Part shown: in pieces, positions 13,201-22,842 of the stretch
Layout of the letters: every line of letters begins with the position of its first letter
Numbering within the stretch: the first letter of the stretch is position 1
DNA from: Rebecca billardiae RCC1528
Taxonomy: Eukaryota > Protista > Haptophyta
Assembly (NCBI GenBank): GCA_965240325.2
Contig: OZ251232.1
Location: 992,001 to 1,056,000, forward strand
Length of the DNA: 64,000 bases
Reading direction: 5' to 3'
Notes under the pieces: generated by a model
What the model was told of the DNA's origin: nothing
Databases searched by the model: none
What the model saw: the letters and a program-made list of their open reading frames with translations, nothing else
Program-made: the position numbers and the translations under genes

Positions 13201-13970
13201 ACATTACGCCCGTCGACAACCCATGCAGATCGGCAGCAGAGCAACCGACATCAATCGAGACAGACGATTCATCATCGTGCTCGTCGGAGGAATCAAAGAC
13301 CTACCGAGCAATCGTCGGAGCGCTACTATTCATCATGAACACCTGCCGACCCGACATCAGCTATGCAGTCAACATGTTGGCAAGGTACATGGCAAGCCCA
13401 AGTTCGAACGACCTTAAAGGTGCCAAGCGAGTGCTCAGGTACTTGGCCGGGACAAAGAATTCCGGCATCACTTTCAAATCAACACCTACTCAGCCACGGA
13501 CGGAGATGTTTGTGGACTCGGATTGGGCCAACGATACGAAAGATCGCCGCTCGACCGGGAGCTATATCTACTTCCACGCAGGCGGCCCAGTATCGTGGCG
13601 CACCTTCAAGCAGTCAATCACAACCCTCTCATCATGTGAGGCCGAATATGTCGCTCTCGCGGAAGGAGCCAAAGAGGCAGTTTACCTACGCGACGTCATC
13701 AGCGACATTCTCAATATTCCCAAGACGCCCATTGTGATCCATGAGGACAACAAGGGGGCGATTGATCTCTCGAAGAACAGCATTCATCATAAGCGCACCA
13801 AGCACATCGACGTACGACACCATTTTATTCGAGATTGTGTCGACCTCGGTGCAGTCAACATTATCAAGGTACACACATCGGAAAACATCGCCGATTGTCT
13901 TACCAAGGCGCTACCCAAGGACAAGTTTGCAAAATTCCGAGACATCATGGTTGCACCAGTTTCGAATTGA
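7269..13970 (+). CDS. Copia gag-pol polyprotein (single uninterrupted ORF, ~2230 aa)
   Basis: Zinc knuckle CSHCGLRNHTAERC; protease YLDSGAS; integrase HNDVIGP/HLDGGRE/LNGVAER; RT YKARLV/KQSGRRW/YVDDLL; RNase H FVDSDWA/CEAEY/HEDN/ADCLTK. Confidence 0.95.
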   Translation: MSSWELRGGQRGNTPRGRARFHPNSKVDIREDLTNNNNIVPAMRDAQRQSHRTEYSRPPQLSQGKWTRTPIHWQRSFENLDSRFGPSQRIEQDPNRVNGRYGDDAERRREPRDVRRKRRHHIEVPEGESRRPEHFGSHIHVPPQWDPSQPLQQLDHNNQAQRRAVDRHAPIEQSAAAPRAAPTYSMTTPSAQTQQGGSLEFEPSPYPQQRRGARGWSGPSKPMAECWASPTFQPSCDNLSSSTLSPTPTDGDFGTSSTMAARPGLTSRDDQPTSFVAAPGPSPPVGATPHLSISSLVPDFQELLKDYPFDTGQIPHDPGQRMQPVEAIAPELEYLGDSPGDLVSIDEVVAALYEVALMGINEPDQKPMDVVESFFHDMGGTRSAPTNHSHTILCCSKAAWEQDARDRHRMSSLLSTYPLLSASSWYGVSETFDCIIPEIPSRKNLGNGIYSSQWSEIDTDDPESCQPCDNQSCTSRHCLLECNICGMGRVCSYRCADAIQVQHQLECEQIIQFAAMNDGIDIDDDGIHVHQQDGPVAAADRRSLSVVNDAGASLDDICPWRPSKRCTIYSGGFIAAAAERHQGHNYTVGDYVRERDELHQSKFDLMFHCNDALLQPGVACLLHDEFYGLTSEAGEGHSPADDGPPGHGTNYPPAATGADNSAQQSSDGDESSTSDIDSYTTAEDHIETSSPHASPRTRRNGSEACTYLPDAHAMMAVQTSQLGVGSYKLNFFTIKSKMAIHGAIKDAVTEVKASYKGRATDTTSSMVTLVEARLSGYALAEAAVWTAENAIREPYATAFANMDADTTIMQMTIVYERSVEVLFKRIKDMMLPSLFSYLESKRHIVNPNENFLNLHTLLEIFEHELNVSTMSELRAEFKKLYPDRPTPVSGPEMIKQTVEMVRASRYRELDDATLLVFKLYNGMHEHPEVYSTVISIYGSMSPQQCVAQTEQLTAQIEDAYRRWTQSPKGRQATQRDPKRGGPAHALNTEEADRRQPAVTCSHCGLRNHTAERCWKLHPDLRPPRPPGAPKQGNFKPPAKPGGRDGKFIKVPPPPKRAGRPRAQMMQDEDIDPEPDDADLEPTQYAYLDSGASQSFVDINLGLLHNAHPISMSVKVAKRDIELHASKAGDMYVYLLDADSDTTVPVCLENVVGVEDLDTTLFSVNAFAAAGMAVVFDERPYIRIGPKRVHLRPDNTVGFKAVVPKAETAMPATADDMPPDVDPIKNGRKITLWQSRLGYADIKRVRATYRANDKMSEASPCTYQPSDVAKFKAKPFPGTRERTTRPLEMLHNDVIGPINGLPAKTPRWGTLFIDDFSGYMRFYDMQNKAEAPEKLDLMASEMGANSLSATMQNKGIAGCTIHLDGGRELHSKNWNRVLRRYDMLCNYMSPPHTQQLNGVAERGLGVIMNDARTMLYLSGVHHKWWHWAAKCAAAQRNLMSKHPTSDGKLVSPHELMFGTSPGPFLQKLRVWGSPCIYLVQSINKQNKLLPRAREGILLGYGFDGIFERGAIKRSHGYIVLSADDGKIVITRHVKFNEQVILDRISTHFKEIREIRDPLLAWSARRPPQGADAGKTHDSNTIEEGDEEFASSSSDADSGSERGGDDPPPPDEKSDDDDDEDDGDGPDDDEKGDDGDDDGDEDGPGAGGGPSPSNAPPQPKQPPPSADRRPQRTRNMTGKSYFPSTRRARARAQLAQLASDIPVPTSFKEAMESKQASDWTRAIMEEYEAHDRLGTFTPVVVPKGKAIIPSKLVFKVKANPDGTIERYKARLVGQGFRQIQGVNYDEVFSPTIRYENVRLLLALTTELRTPERPWIVHSADVSTAYLQAPLEDGLKIYTTLPPLYPCTLKPPEGHVVAADWDMALPGFKQSGRRWHLRLSQKLREKGFKKLAQSECIFVRISGDIIDVIAVYVDDLLILSSSPDSARPSSIIEEIRKEFTLRDLGPATTFLGMNITQGPKSTTISMSQYITDLLKRHDMSDITPVDNPCRSAAEQPTSIETDDSSSCSSEESKTYRAIVGALLFIMNTCRPDISYAVNMLARYMASPSSNDLKGAKRVLRYLAGTKNSGITFKSTPTQPRTEMFVDSDWANDTKDRRSTGSYIYFHAGGPVSWRTFKQSITTLSSCEAEYVALAEGAKEAVYLRDVISDILNIPKTPIVIHEDNKGAIDLSKNSIHHKRTKHIDVRHHFIRDCVDLGAVNIIKVHTSENIADCLTKALPKDKFAKFRDIMVAPVSN

Positions 13971-13977
13971 GGGGGCG

Positions 13978-14478
13978 TGTCAAAAGCCCAAGGCAGCCAT
14001 TGGCGCCATTCCCCAGCTCGAGGTTTCAATCTCAAGGCGCTGAGCAATTCTAAGCGCCACCATGCTGAGGCTTCATTCCAATTCAAAACCTTATCATCGA
14101 CCTCAACTGTCGGTTTTATTCACGTCCAGTGCACCAATTCATTCATCATCATTCATCGTGCATTTCATAATGGCCAACAAGCGTCGCGGAACAATCCAGG
14201 AATCAAAGCTCCTGAGATGTTCTCAAGCCTTCGCAGGGCAATGCACTATCAGATCATTCCGAGAACGTGCCTTCGCAATCAGAAGCCGAGAAGCATCTCC
14301 AAACTTTCTAATCACGAAAGTTCTGAGATAAGTCCTTCTTGAGAACCCTACAAAGGTTTTTCTCAGCGATCTGGAGCCACACCAGCAACAAAACCGAACT
14401 GATCAGCAAGCAGCAGGGAGACCCCTGCGCCACCATCGCCAAAGAGCGAACCTCCGCCAGCGCACGAAGTGCCAATCA
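13978..14478 (+). repeat. 3' LTR
   Basis: Direct repeat of 6769-7269, followed by ATATA. Confidence 0.96.
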
Positions 14479-14835
14479 ATATATAACGATATATATATTT
14501 ATTTATTTATTTATATTCTGATAACTAGTAGTCGTCGTCCGATCCGATACTATCGTATCTGAAATAACGGGCACGGCTGCGCTGTGTCGAGCGTCGGCAC
14601 GACTGGGCAGCGGTCCGCTGCTGACTGCTTGGGCCCGACCGCGGCATCCGGAAGCGGATGGCGCCGCGTGCACAGGCTGGGGCTCGACGTGGAGGCTGCT
14701 GGCGGCGCAGTCGGCGCCGCCGGGCGCGGGCGCGCGCGGCCGACGGGCGACGGCTGCGCGCGCGCCAATACTAATATGCCCGACACGCGCCATCTTCGAG
14801 GCCTCTCTAGATGCCGAGGCCCTGGCAGCGGCCTC

Positions 14836-17800
14836 TCAACTCAAGGCCTGTTGGATGGTGGCTTTCTGAGCATCGCTCAGCTGGTTGCCCCTGTGTGCCG
14901 AGCGGGGGCACGCAGAGGGACGTGTGCGCGCGGAGAGGCGAGCGCGGCGGTCGTATGGGGTGGGCGGATTGGGTGGTGTCAGCCAACGCCGTTGCGCAGC
15001 ACGCGTCGCGTACCGCACCGCACCGCCACGCTGCCCGCACGCATGCGGCGCACGCGCCGCCGCACCGGCCACGTGCACCGCTCGCCATCGGCCGCGCGCG
15101 GATGCGATAGCGGCGCGAGCACCCACAGTAAACAATTCGATTTTAGCCGTCACCGTAACCTGTCCGCACTTCCGCCCAGTGGGGATGCGCTGGAATTTTT
15201 TTGATGCCCCGTTCGCGGCACTTCGCGCCGCCACAGTGGGGAAAGATCGGGCCGAAGCCGTTTGAGCATGGTCGTTCGCGCGCACGCCCATTCGAATCGA
15301 TGGCGCGCTCCGAGCGGCGGGCGTGCGCGCATGTGTGCCGCGAGGGGGGCTGCGAGGCGTCGGTCGGCCTGCCAAGGCGGTTCCCCGGGGCGGCGTCACC
15401 CTCGCCCGCCCCTCCTCGCCCACCCTCGCTCCACGGGCGGCCACACGTGACCTGTTAAGATGACTTCACGGGAGCCGCGCGGCACGCGCGCGGAGAGGCG
15501 AGGAAGTGGTGTTTCGCGGAAAAACGTTCTATAGCATTGTGCTCAACCCATGTGGGCACCCGCTCCACAAGTTTGTACGCCGCCAAACCGCACACAGCGG
15601 CCTGAGCAGCTCCCAGACTGACTTTCGCTCTTGAAGCCTGTTTTTGGGCCAGATCTTGGTGTGGATGTAGCGCGGCGAGGAGGCGCCGGGCGCGCGCCCG
15701 AGCTGCGTGCTGGCACTCGCCATGACCCATAGGCATCGTCCGTCGCGAACGACCCGGCTCGCCTCGACCTCTCCGACCCGCCGGGCAGCCACGACCGAGC
15801 GCGCAGCCAACGGTGTCCAAACAGAGGCTTCTCAGACCGCGTGGGATGGGCATAGGCGCGAGAGAGGGCGCCCAGCGCGCTCTTGAGATGCACAGGAGCA
15901 CGCACTGATGCGTATGGAACCATCCCATCACGATCGCCCCGACCTGGCGCGCCCTATCTGGCCCGTCAGGCTGCCCGCGCCGCCGCCGCCGCGCCACGCC
16001 GCCGCCACAGGCGCCGCCGCATCGCGGGCACGTGGGTAAGTCTGTATTCAACAAATACAGAATTTCCGGTGCGGCCCTCTTTTGGGCGGCAAGGTCGATC
16101 TGGTCGACACCTGCCGCGCGGCATGGGCCACGGCGCGGCGAGGTGGCGGCTGGCGCACTGCGGCGCGGGCGGGATGGCTCGAGGACACCACCGCCCCGCC
16201 TCCCACGCCGCGCCGAGCGCGTGCGCCGTGCTCTCGTCGCGTACCGAATTTCCTGCGGCGAGCGACGCCACACAGCGCGACCATGCCATCGCGCGACGAG
16301 GTGCGTTCAGCTCAGCGATTTGTCGTATTTGTTGAATACATGCGGGTACGAATCGGACGCACGACGCCCTCGACGCACACGTCGAGAGCCACGCGCGCGG
16401 CGTGGACTGGCACGCGACGCGGAGATGGCGGGCGCGGTGCCGCGGGCGCGCGACTGGTCTAGAACAGCACAATGAAGCGTGGGACGGCGCCGCGCGCGTG
16501 GGCTCGCTGCCGTCTCCTCGCAGTCGAAAATATCTGTGCACCAGTTCTGCCTGGGGTTGGGCCGGCCTCGCACGCGGCACGCGGGCACTGTTGCGGGGAG
16601 GAGTGTGATATGGCAGGCTGTGGCGAGGTGGATGGCCGTGTAGGAGTATGCTGGGAAGGGCCGTTCCCGCGCTCGCGCGGTGCCTCGCGCACGCCTCGTC
16701 GAGGACGAGCGTGTTTGAATGGCTCCCGGGAGGCCTGAGGCATTCGCTTGTTGACGGCAGCTCGCAACAGGTGCACACGACGAAGGTGACGACCAGGCAC
16801 TCCGGCGAGGGCGGCTGTGCTGGCAGCAGACCGTGCATTTGGAGTAAGATGCGCCATCTTACGCGCCGCTTCGCCTCGCTGCATCGCCGCACTGAGCAGC
16901 AGGGCCCCACGCTCACGAATGGCTCACCACGAGCTACGTGACCGGCCAGCCGCGTGCAACCCGGCGAGGCAGAGAGGGGCGGAGGGATGGGGAGGCTGGG
17001 TGGGGTGTTGCAGTCCCGTGCCCTGGGCACTCGCCAGGCGCCTGCGCGACCACCGTAGCGTCTTCTGTGCGCTCGTGCGGCCCGCGCGATAAATTCCCCG
17101 AAAATCGGCTCGCATCGGACAGGTTACGGTGACGATAATCCCGTTTTTGTTCACTGTGCCATGCGCGTCCGCAGCCTCGCGCGACGGCGCTGCTGACACG
17201 GTGCGCTACCCTGCCTCCCCCTCACTCCACCGCACGCGCCGCGCGCCCCCCGCCTCGCCACGCCGTGCCTGCGCGTACTTCAGGTGGAGCGTATGCAGCT
17301 TGGTGTTGGTGCGGAGCGCCTCCGCCAGCGCCTTGCCGGAAACGTCCGTCAGCTGGTTGTGACTGTGTGCACCGCGGGGGCACGCCGAGGGGAGGAGAAG
17401 TGCGGAGAAGCGAGCGCGGTGGTCACATGGGGTGGGGCGGGTGGTGCCAGCCCACGCCGCTGCACATCAAGCGCCACGCACCGCACCGCACCGCCCACCG
17501 CACCGCCACGCTGCGGCTGCGCACGCACCGCAGCACCGGACGCGCACACCGCTCGCCATCGGCCGCGCGCGGATGCGATAGCGGCACAAGCGCCAGGCGC
17601 GACCGCAGCCTTGCGTGACGGCGCTGCAAACACGGTGCACGACCCTGCCTCCCCCCGACTCCACTGCACGCGCCGCGCGCCCCCCGCCCCCCCCTCGCCG
17701 CGCCGTGCGTGCGCGTACTCCAGGTCGAGCAGCTTCAGCTTGGTGTTGGTGCGGAGGGCCTCCGCCAGCGCTGTGCCGGAGATGTCCGTCAGCTTGCTGT

Positions 17801-20800
17801 CCCTGTGTGCACAGCAGAGGCACGCCGAGACAAGGGGAAGCACGGAGAGGCGAGTGCGGCGGCCGCGCAGTGTGGGATGGGCGGTATCCGCCACGCAGCT
17901 GCTACCACACACTGCGCACCGCATCGCACCGCACCGCTGGGCGCGCGCCCTGTGGCTGTGCGCACGCGCCGCCGGACCGGCTGTGCGCGTCGCCCGCCGT
18001 GGGGTGGCGCGCGTGGCGTGGCGCGCGCACCGGGCGCGGCCGCAACCTAGCGCGACGGCCGCGCCGCACGCGGTTGCCCGCGCTGCACACGGGGTGCAAC
18101 CCTGCCTCCCCCCACTCCACTGCACGCGCCGCGCGCCTCCCGCCTCGCCGCGCCGTGCGTGCGCGTACACCAGCCTGAGACACTGCAGCGAGGCGTTGGT
18201 GTGGAGCGCCTCCGCCAGCGCTGTGCCGGAGATGTCCGTCAGCTGGTTGCGGCTGTGTGCACAGCAGAGGCACGCCGAGGGACGGGCGCGCGCGGAGAGG
18301 CGAGCGGCCACGGGGCAGGATGGGTGGTGTCAGCCAATGCCGCTGCATACCACGCACTGCCCACCGCACCGCACCGCACCGCTGTGCGCACGCCGCCGCG
18401 CTGGCCACGCCACGCCGCCCGCTGTGGGGCGGGCGCAAGCGGCGCGGCGCACGCGCCGGGCGCGGCCGCAGCCTCGCACAACGGCGTTGCTGCGGCGCCG
18501 TGCGCGGGTGCGTGCGCTGCACACGGCGCATGAACCTAACCTCTCTCCCCGCTCCGCCACATGCACAGCGCGCCCCTCGCCTCGCCGCGCCGTGCGTGCG
18601 CGCACCTCAGCTGGAGCTGCTCCAACTTGGTGTTGGTGCGAAGCGCCTCTGCCAGCGCCTTGCCGGAGACGTCCGTCAGCTGGTTGCGGCTGTGTGCACA
18701 GCAGAGGCACGCCGAGAGAAGGGCGCGCGTGGAGAGGCGCGCACAGAGGTCGCAAGCGGTGGGATGGGCGGTATCAGCCCACGCCGCTGCGCACCACACA
18801 CCGCAACCGCACCACACCGCTGCGCGCGCGTCCTGTGCGCACGCGCCGCCGGACCGGCTGCGCGCGCCGCCCGCCGTGGGGCGGTGCGCGTGGCGTGGCG
18901 CGCGCGCCGGGCGCGGCCGCAGCCCCGCGCGACGGCGGCGCCGCACGCGGTTGCCCACGGTGCACACGGCGCATGCACCTCCCTCCCCCAACTCCACTGC
19001 ACGCGCCGCGCGCCCCCCGCCTTGCCACGCCGTGCGTGCGCGTACTACAGGTCGAGCTCCCGCAGCGAGGTGTTGGTGCGGAGCGCCTCCGCCAGCGCTG
19101 TGCCGGAGACGTCCGTCAGCTGGTTGTGCCTGTGTGCACAGCGGGGGCACGCCGAGGGAAGGGGAACCGCGGAGAGGCCAGCGCGGCGGGCGCCCGGGGT
19201 GGGACGGGCGGTGTCAGCCCACGCCGCTGCGCACCACGCACTACCCACAACACCGCACCGCACCGCCACGCCACGCGAGCGCCCTGTGCACGCGCGCCGC
19301 AGCACCGACCGCGCGCGCCGCCCGCCGCGAGCCGGCGCGCGCGCCGCGGCGCGGCCGCAGCCTGGCGCGATGGCCGCGCCGTGCGAGGGTGCCCACGCTG
19401 CCCACAGCGCGCGACCCAGCCACTCCCCACTCGATCGCACGCGCAGCGCAATGCCTGCCCCGCCGCGCCGTGCTTGCGCGTACTCCAGGTCGAGCTTCTC
19501 CAGCTTGGTGTTGGTGCTGAGCGCCTTCGCCAGCACCTTGACGGAGACGTCCGTCAGCGGGTTGTCCCTGTGTGCTCAGCGGGGGCACGGCGAGGGACGG
19601 GCGCGCACGGAGAGGCGAGCGCGGCGGACGCGCGGCGTGGGGTGGGTGGTGTCAGCCCACGCTGCTGCGAACCACGCACCACGCACCGCACCGCACCGCC
19701 ACACTGCGCCGTGCGTGCGCGTATTCCAGGTAGAGCCACTTCAGCGAGGTGTTGGTGCGGAGCGCCTCCCCCAGCGCTGTGCCGGAGACGTCCGTCAGCT
19801 TGTTGCGCCTGTGTGCACAGCAGAGGCACGACGAGAAAAGGGCACGCGCGGAGAGGCGAGCGCGGCGGACGCACGAAGCAGGATGGGTGGTGTCAGTCCG
19901 CACCGCGCAGCGCACCGCACCGCCACGCCACGCGCACGCCCTGTGCGCACGCGCCGCAGCACCGGCCGCGCACGCCGCCAGCTGTGGGGCGGTGCAAGCG
20001 CCGCGGCGCGGCCGCAGCGTGGTGCGACGGCGGCGCCGCGCGCGGGTGCTCACACTGCTCACTGCGTGCAACCCTGCCTTCCCCCACTCCACCGCACGCG
20101 CCTCGCAACCCCCGCCTCGCTGCGCCGTGCGTGCGCGCACCTGAGGTAGAGCTTCTGCAGCGAGGTGTTGGTGCAGAGCGCCTCCGCCAGCGCTGTGCCG
20201 GAGACGTCCGTCAGCTGGTTGCCGCTGTGTGCACAGCGGAGGCACGCCGAGGGAAGGGGAAGCGGGGAGAGGCGAGCGCGGCGGCCGCGCAGGGTGGAAA
20301 GGGCGGTGTCAGCCCACGCCGCTGCGCACCACGTACTGCCCACCGCACCGCACCGCACCGGCACACTTTGCACGGGCCGCTGCACCGGCTACGCGCGCCG
20401 CCCGCCACGGGGCGGAGCGCGCGGTGAGGCGTGCGCCGGGCGCGGCCGCAGCCTTGTCTGATGGCGCCGCTGCGGAGCGGCGCGCGGATGCCCGCGTTGC
20501 ACACGGCGCACGGCCCTCCCTCCCTGTCCCGCCGCACGCGCCACGCGCCGCACGCCTCGCCGCGCCGTGCGTGCGCGTACGTCAGGTGGAGCTCCTTCAG
20601 GCAGCAGCTGTCCGCCCGCAGCGCCTGCGACACCAGCCGCACGCACTCGTTGTCCACGTCGGTACGGTCGAGATCGAGATTCGTCAGCTTGGCATTGTTG
20701 TGCGCGACGAGATGCGCAATCGCCTGAGCGTGCGCCGCCACCGCCGTCTTCTTCTCCCACTTCGCCTCCTCCAGCCCCATCAGCGCCTCCGCTGAGCCCA

Positions 20801-21962
20801 CACCCGCAGCGAGCGCGAGCGCCTCTAGCTGCTCCGCAGCGGCACGGACGGGCGGCGGCGCCGTGCGCGGCTCGGCTGCGGCGGTGGCTGCGGCGGTCTG
20901 TGGCGGGACCTCAGAGTCGACCCGTTTCGACGATGGTGCCGGGGCCTGCCCTGCCGCGGGCTCAGGCCCAGAGCCCTCGCGAGTGCCGCCGCCCTTGGCT
21001 GGCTGCTGCTGCGCCTGCTTGGCTTTGAGCAGCCGGGGCGGCACGCCAGAGAGGCTCAGCTCCTTCACCTCATCCAAGAAGCGGCGGCAGCGCACGCCCG
21101 AGCTGAGGCCGTACCGCTTCAGATCGTCCACCTCGAGGTAGCGCAGATCCTTCCCGACGAGCTTATCACCTCGCGCGCCCGGCACAAGCTCGTCGAATTG
21201 GAGCGAGGCGAGCAGGGCGCACACGCCCTCGCAGTCCACCGTGTCGAGCTTCACGTTGGCTGCCAGCGGCTCGGACGGCGCAGCGGTGGCGTGTGACGAA
21301 GGCGAAGCGGCCAGCTCGATGCTCGCGCCCACCTTGCGCGCTACCAGCTCGAGCAGGTGGTCCTTGTCCTCGGCCGGCAGCTCGAAGAGGGACGTGTCCT
21401 GAGGCGGGTAGCAGTTGAGTGCGCCAAACCTGTCCAGGACTTCGTACCGTTTCACCTTGTAGTCGTCGATGTCCTTGCCTGGGAGGAGCTCGCGGAGCGG
21501 CCACTGCTCGGCCTTTGGCGGTGGCAGCCCCTTCTCTGTGCGCACCGGAATGATCGCGCAGCCGCGTTTGATCGCCGCGCTGATCTCCTCGAGGCACGGC
21601 ATCGAGCGGTAGAGCGCGCGCGAGAGGAGGACGATCAGCACCTTGGCCTTGGCATCCTCACTATCGATGCGCAGGAGGAAGTGCTTCCAGTTCGTGCCGG
21701 GCGGTACGTGGAGGCCCGTGACGCACGCCAGCCCCACCGCGTCCAACGCGAGCACGAGCTCAGCCGCATCGTACACGCCCGGGCCTGTGCCCGGCTCGTC
21801 AACGTCCTTGCGGTGCCCGGTCGCGTACGAGACGACGATCTCGGGGTAGAAGTTCTTGAACTCCTCGGGCATGCGTTTGCCCAGATGCACCTGCAGCTTG
21901 TTCACGACCGCCTTCGTCGTCTTCTCCTCGCGCTCAATCCCCTTCCAGCGTGGTGTCGTCAT
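14836..21962 (-). CDS. LRR-cassette gene B: TIR + SAM + RI-like LRRs; exons complement(14836..14890,17279..17362,17719..17802,18169..18252,18606..18689,19046..19129,19484..19567,19725..19808,20141..20224,20581..21962)
   Basis: TIR motifs EIVVSY and AKVLIVLLSRALYRSMPCLEEISAAIKRGCAIIPV; SAM-like VCALLASLQF...LVGKDLRYLEVDDLKRYGLSSGVRCRRFLDEV. Same N-cap as genes A and C, then eight 84-nt phase-2 LRR exons. One donor reads AT instead of GT. Start placed at MTTPRW. Confidence 0.82.
15124..17158. mobile_element. Non-autonomous EnSpm/CACTA(CMC)-like DNA transposon in the last intron of gene B
   Basis: Imperfect 43-bp TIRs CACAGT(A/G)AACAA...CGTCACCGTAACCTGTCCG and a 2-bp CC duplication. Removing the element restores a 351-nt intron matching the neighbouring empty intron near 17581-17610. 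No transposase ORF is seen. Confidence 0.85.
17279..20580 (-). repeat. Tandem exon+intron LRR cassette array of gene B
   Basis: Eight 84-nt exons with related introns of 332-366 nt, plus one of 157 nt. More diverged than arrays A and C. Confidence 0.92.
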
Positions 21963-22842
21963 TAAGCCCGCCCTGCCACTTCGAGCGCTGCTGGAGTGCT
22001 GGGTGCCTGGCCCCGGCCGGCCGGGGGATATGACTCCACAGGAATCAGAATGGGCCCTATGGGGGTACTGTGAACGGCATACAGGGGGGTCCAGATGGTG
22101 GCGGGTACTTCGATGGTGGCTGGCCAGGTAGTGCGGCACGTCCGTGCCTCTGGACGGGCATTGAGCCGTGGCGAGGTCGCCAAATCGCGCGGCGTGGTCC
22201 CAGAGAAGGCTGCTGCTATCACTGACCAGCTTGCTAGCCATGCCGGTCGTTGATCACCCCGCCGTTGACAGGCGCGCACACGCCACGCGTAATCGCATGG
22301 CAGCCGTGTCGGACGGCGGTCGCACGACTACCGCGTAGCCAACATTGATCGTCAGACTCACGACTTGTGGGGTCAGGCAGAACATTGATAGGTCTGCACC
22401 CTCGCCTGGCATGCCCCAGAGGTCAACACAGCCATCAGAAGGGTGATCCTGCCCACTACTTGCCCATCCTTCCCATGCGCAGTCTCGCGCGCGCCGGTCA
22501 CACGATGACGTGGACGTGGACGTGAGAGTGGTCGAAAAGTCGGAAGGGAAGCTGTCACTCACGCACGCGCGCTCGTACGGCGACGCCGACCGGCGAGTGC
22601 AACGCCCCCCTGTCCCGGACGTTGCACTCGCGCCTTGGATCGCGGTGGGACGGCCATTCACGCCCGCCATGGCTTCCCTTCAAAACTCCCCAACTTCATC
22701 TGGACCCCCCTGTATTCAGCATACATTACCATCCCGAGGCCAATCGATGACGATTATACGAGCGAAAGGATGAATACTGTAGGCGCGCGCTCAAAATAGC
22801 GTACAGTACCCGCCTACCCGGCCACGGAACTGAAACCGTTTG

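Larger units (their letters stand above)
6769..14478 (+). mobile_element. Full-length Ty1/copia LTR retrotransposon (7710 bp)
   Basis: 501-bp TG...CA LTRs at 6769-7269 and 13978-14478, ATATA target-site duplication, polypurine tract GAGGGGGCG before the 3' LTR, and PR-INT-RT-RH domain order. Confidence 0.97.

Noticed and set aside
21963-22241. N-terminal extension of gene B from the upstream ATG
   Set aside because: It does not look coding; MTTPRW at 21962 is the more plausible start, though unproven.
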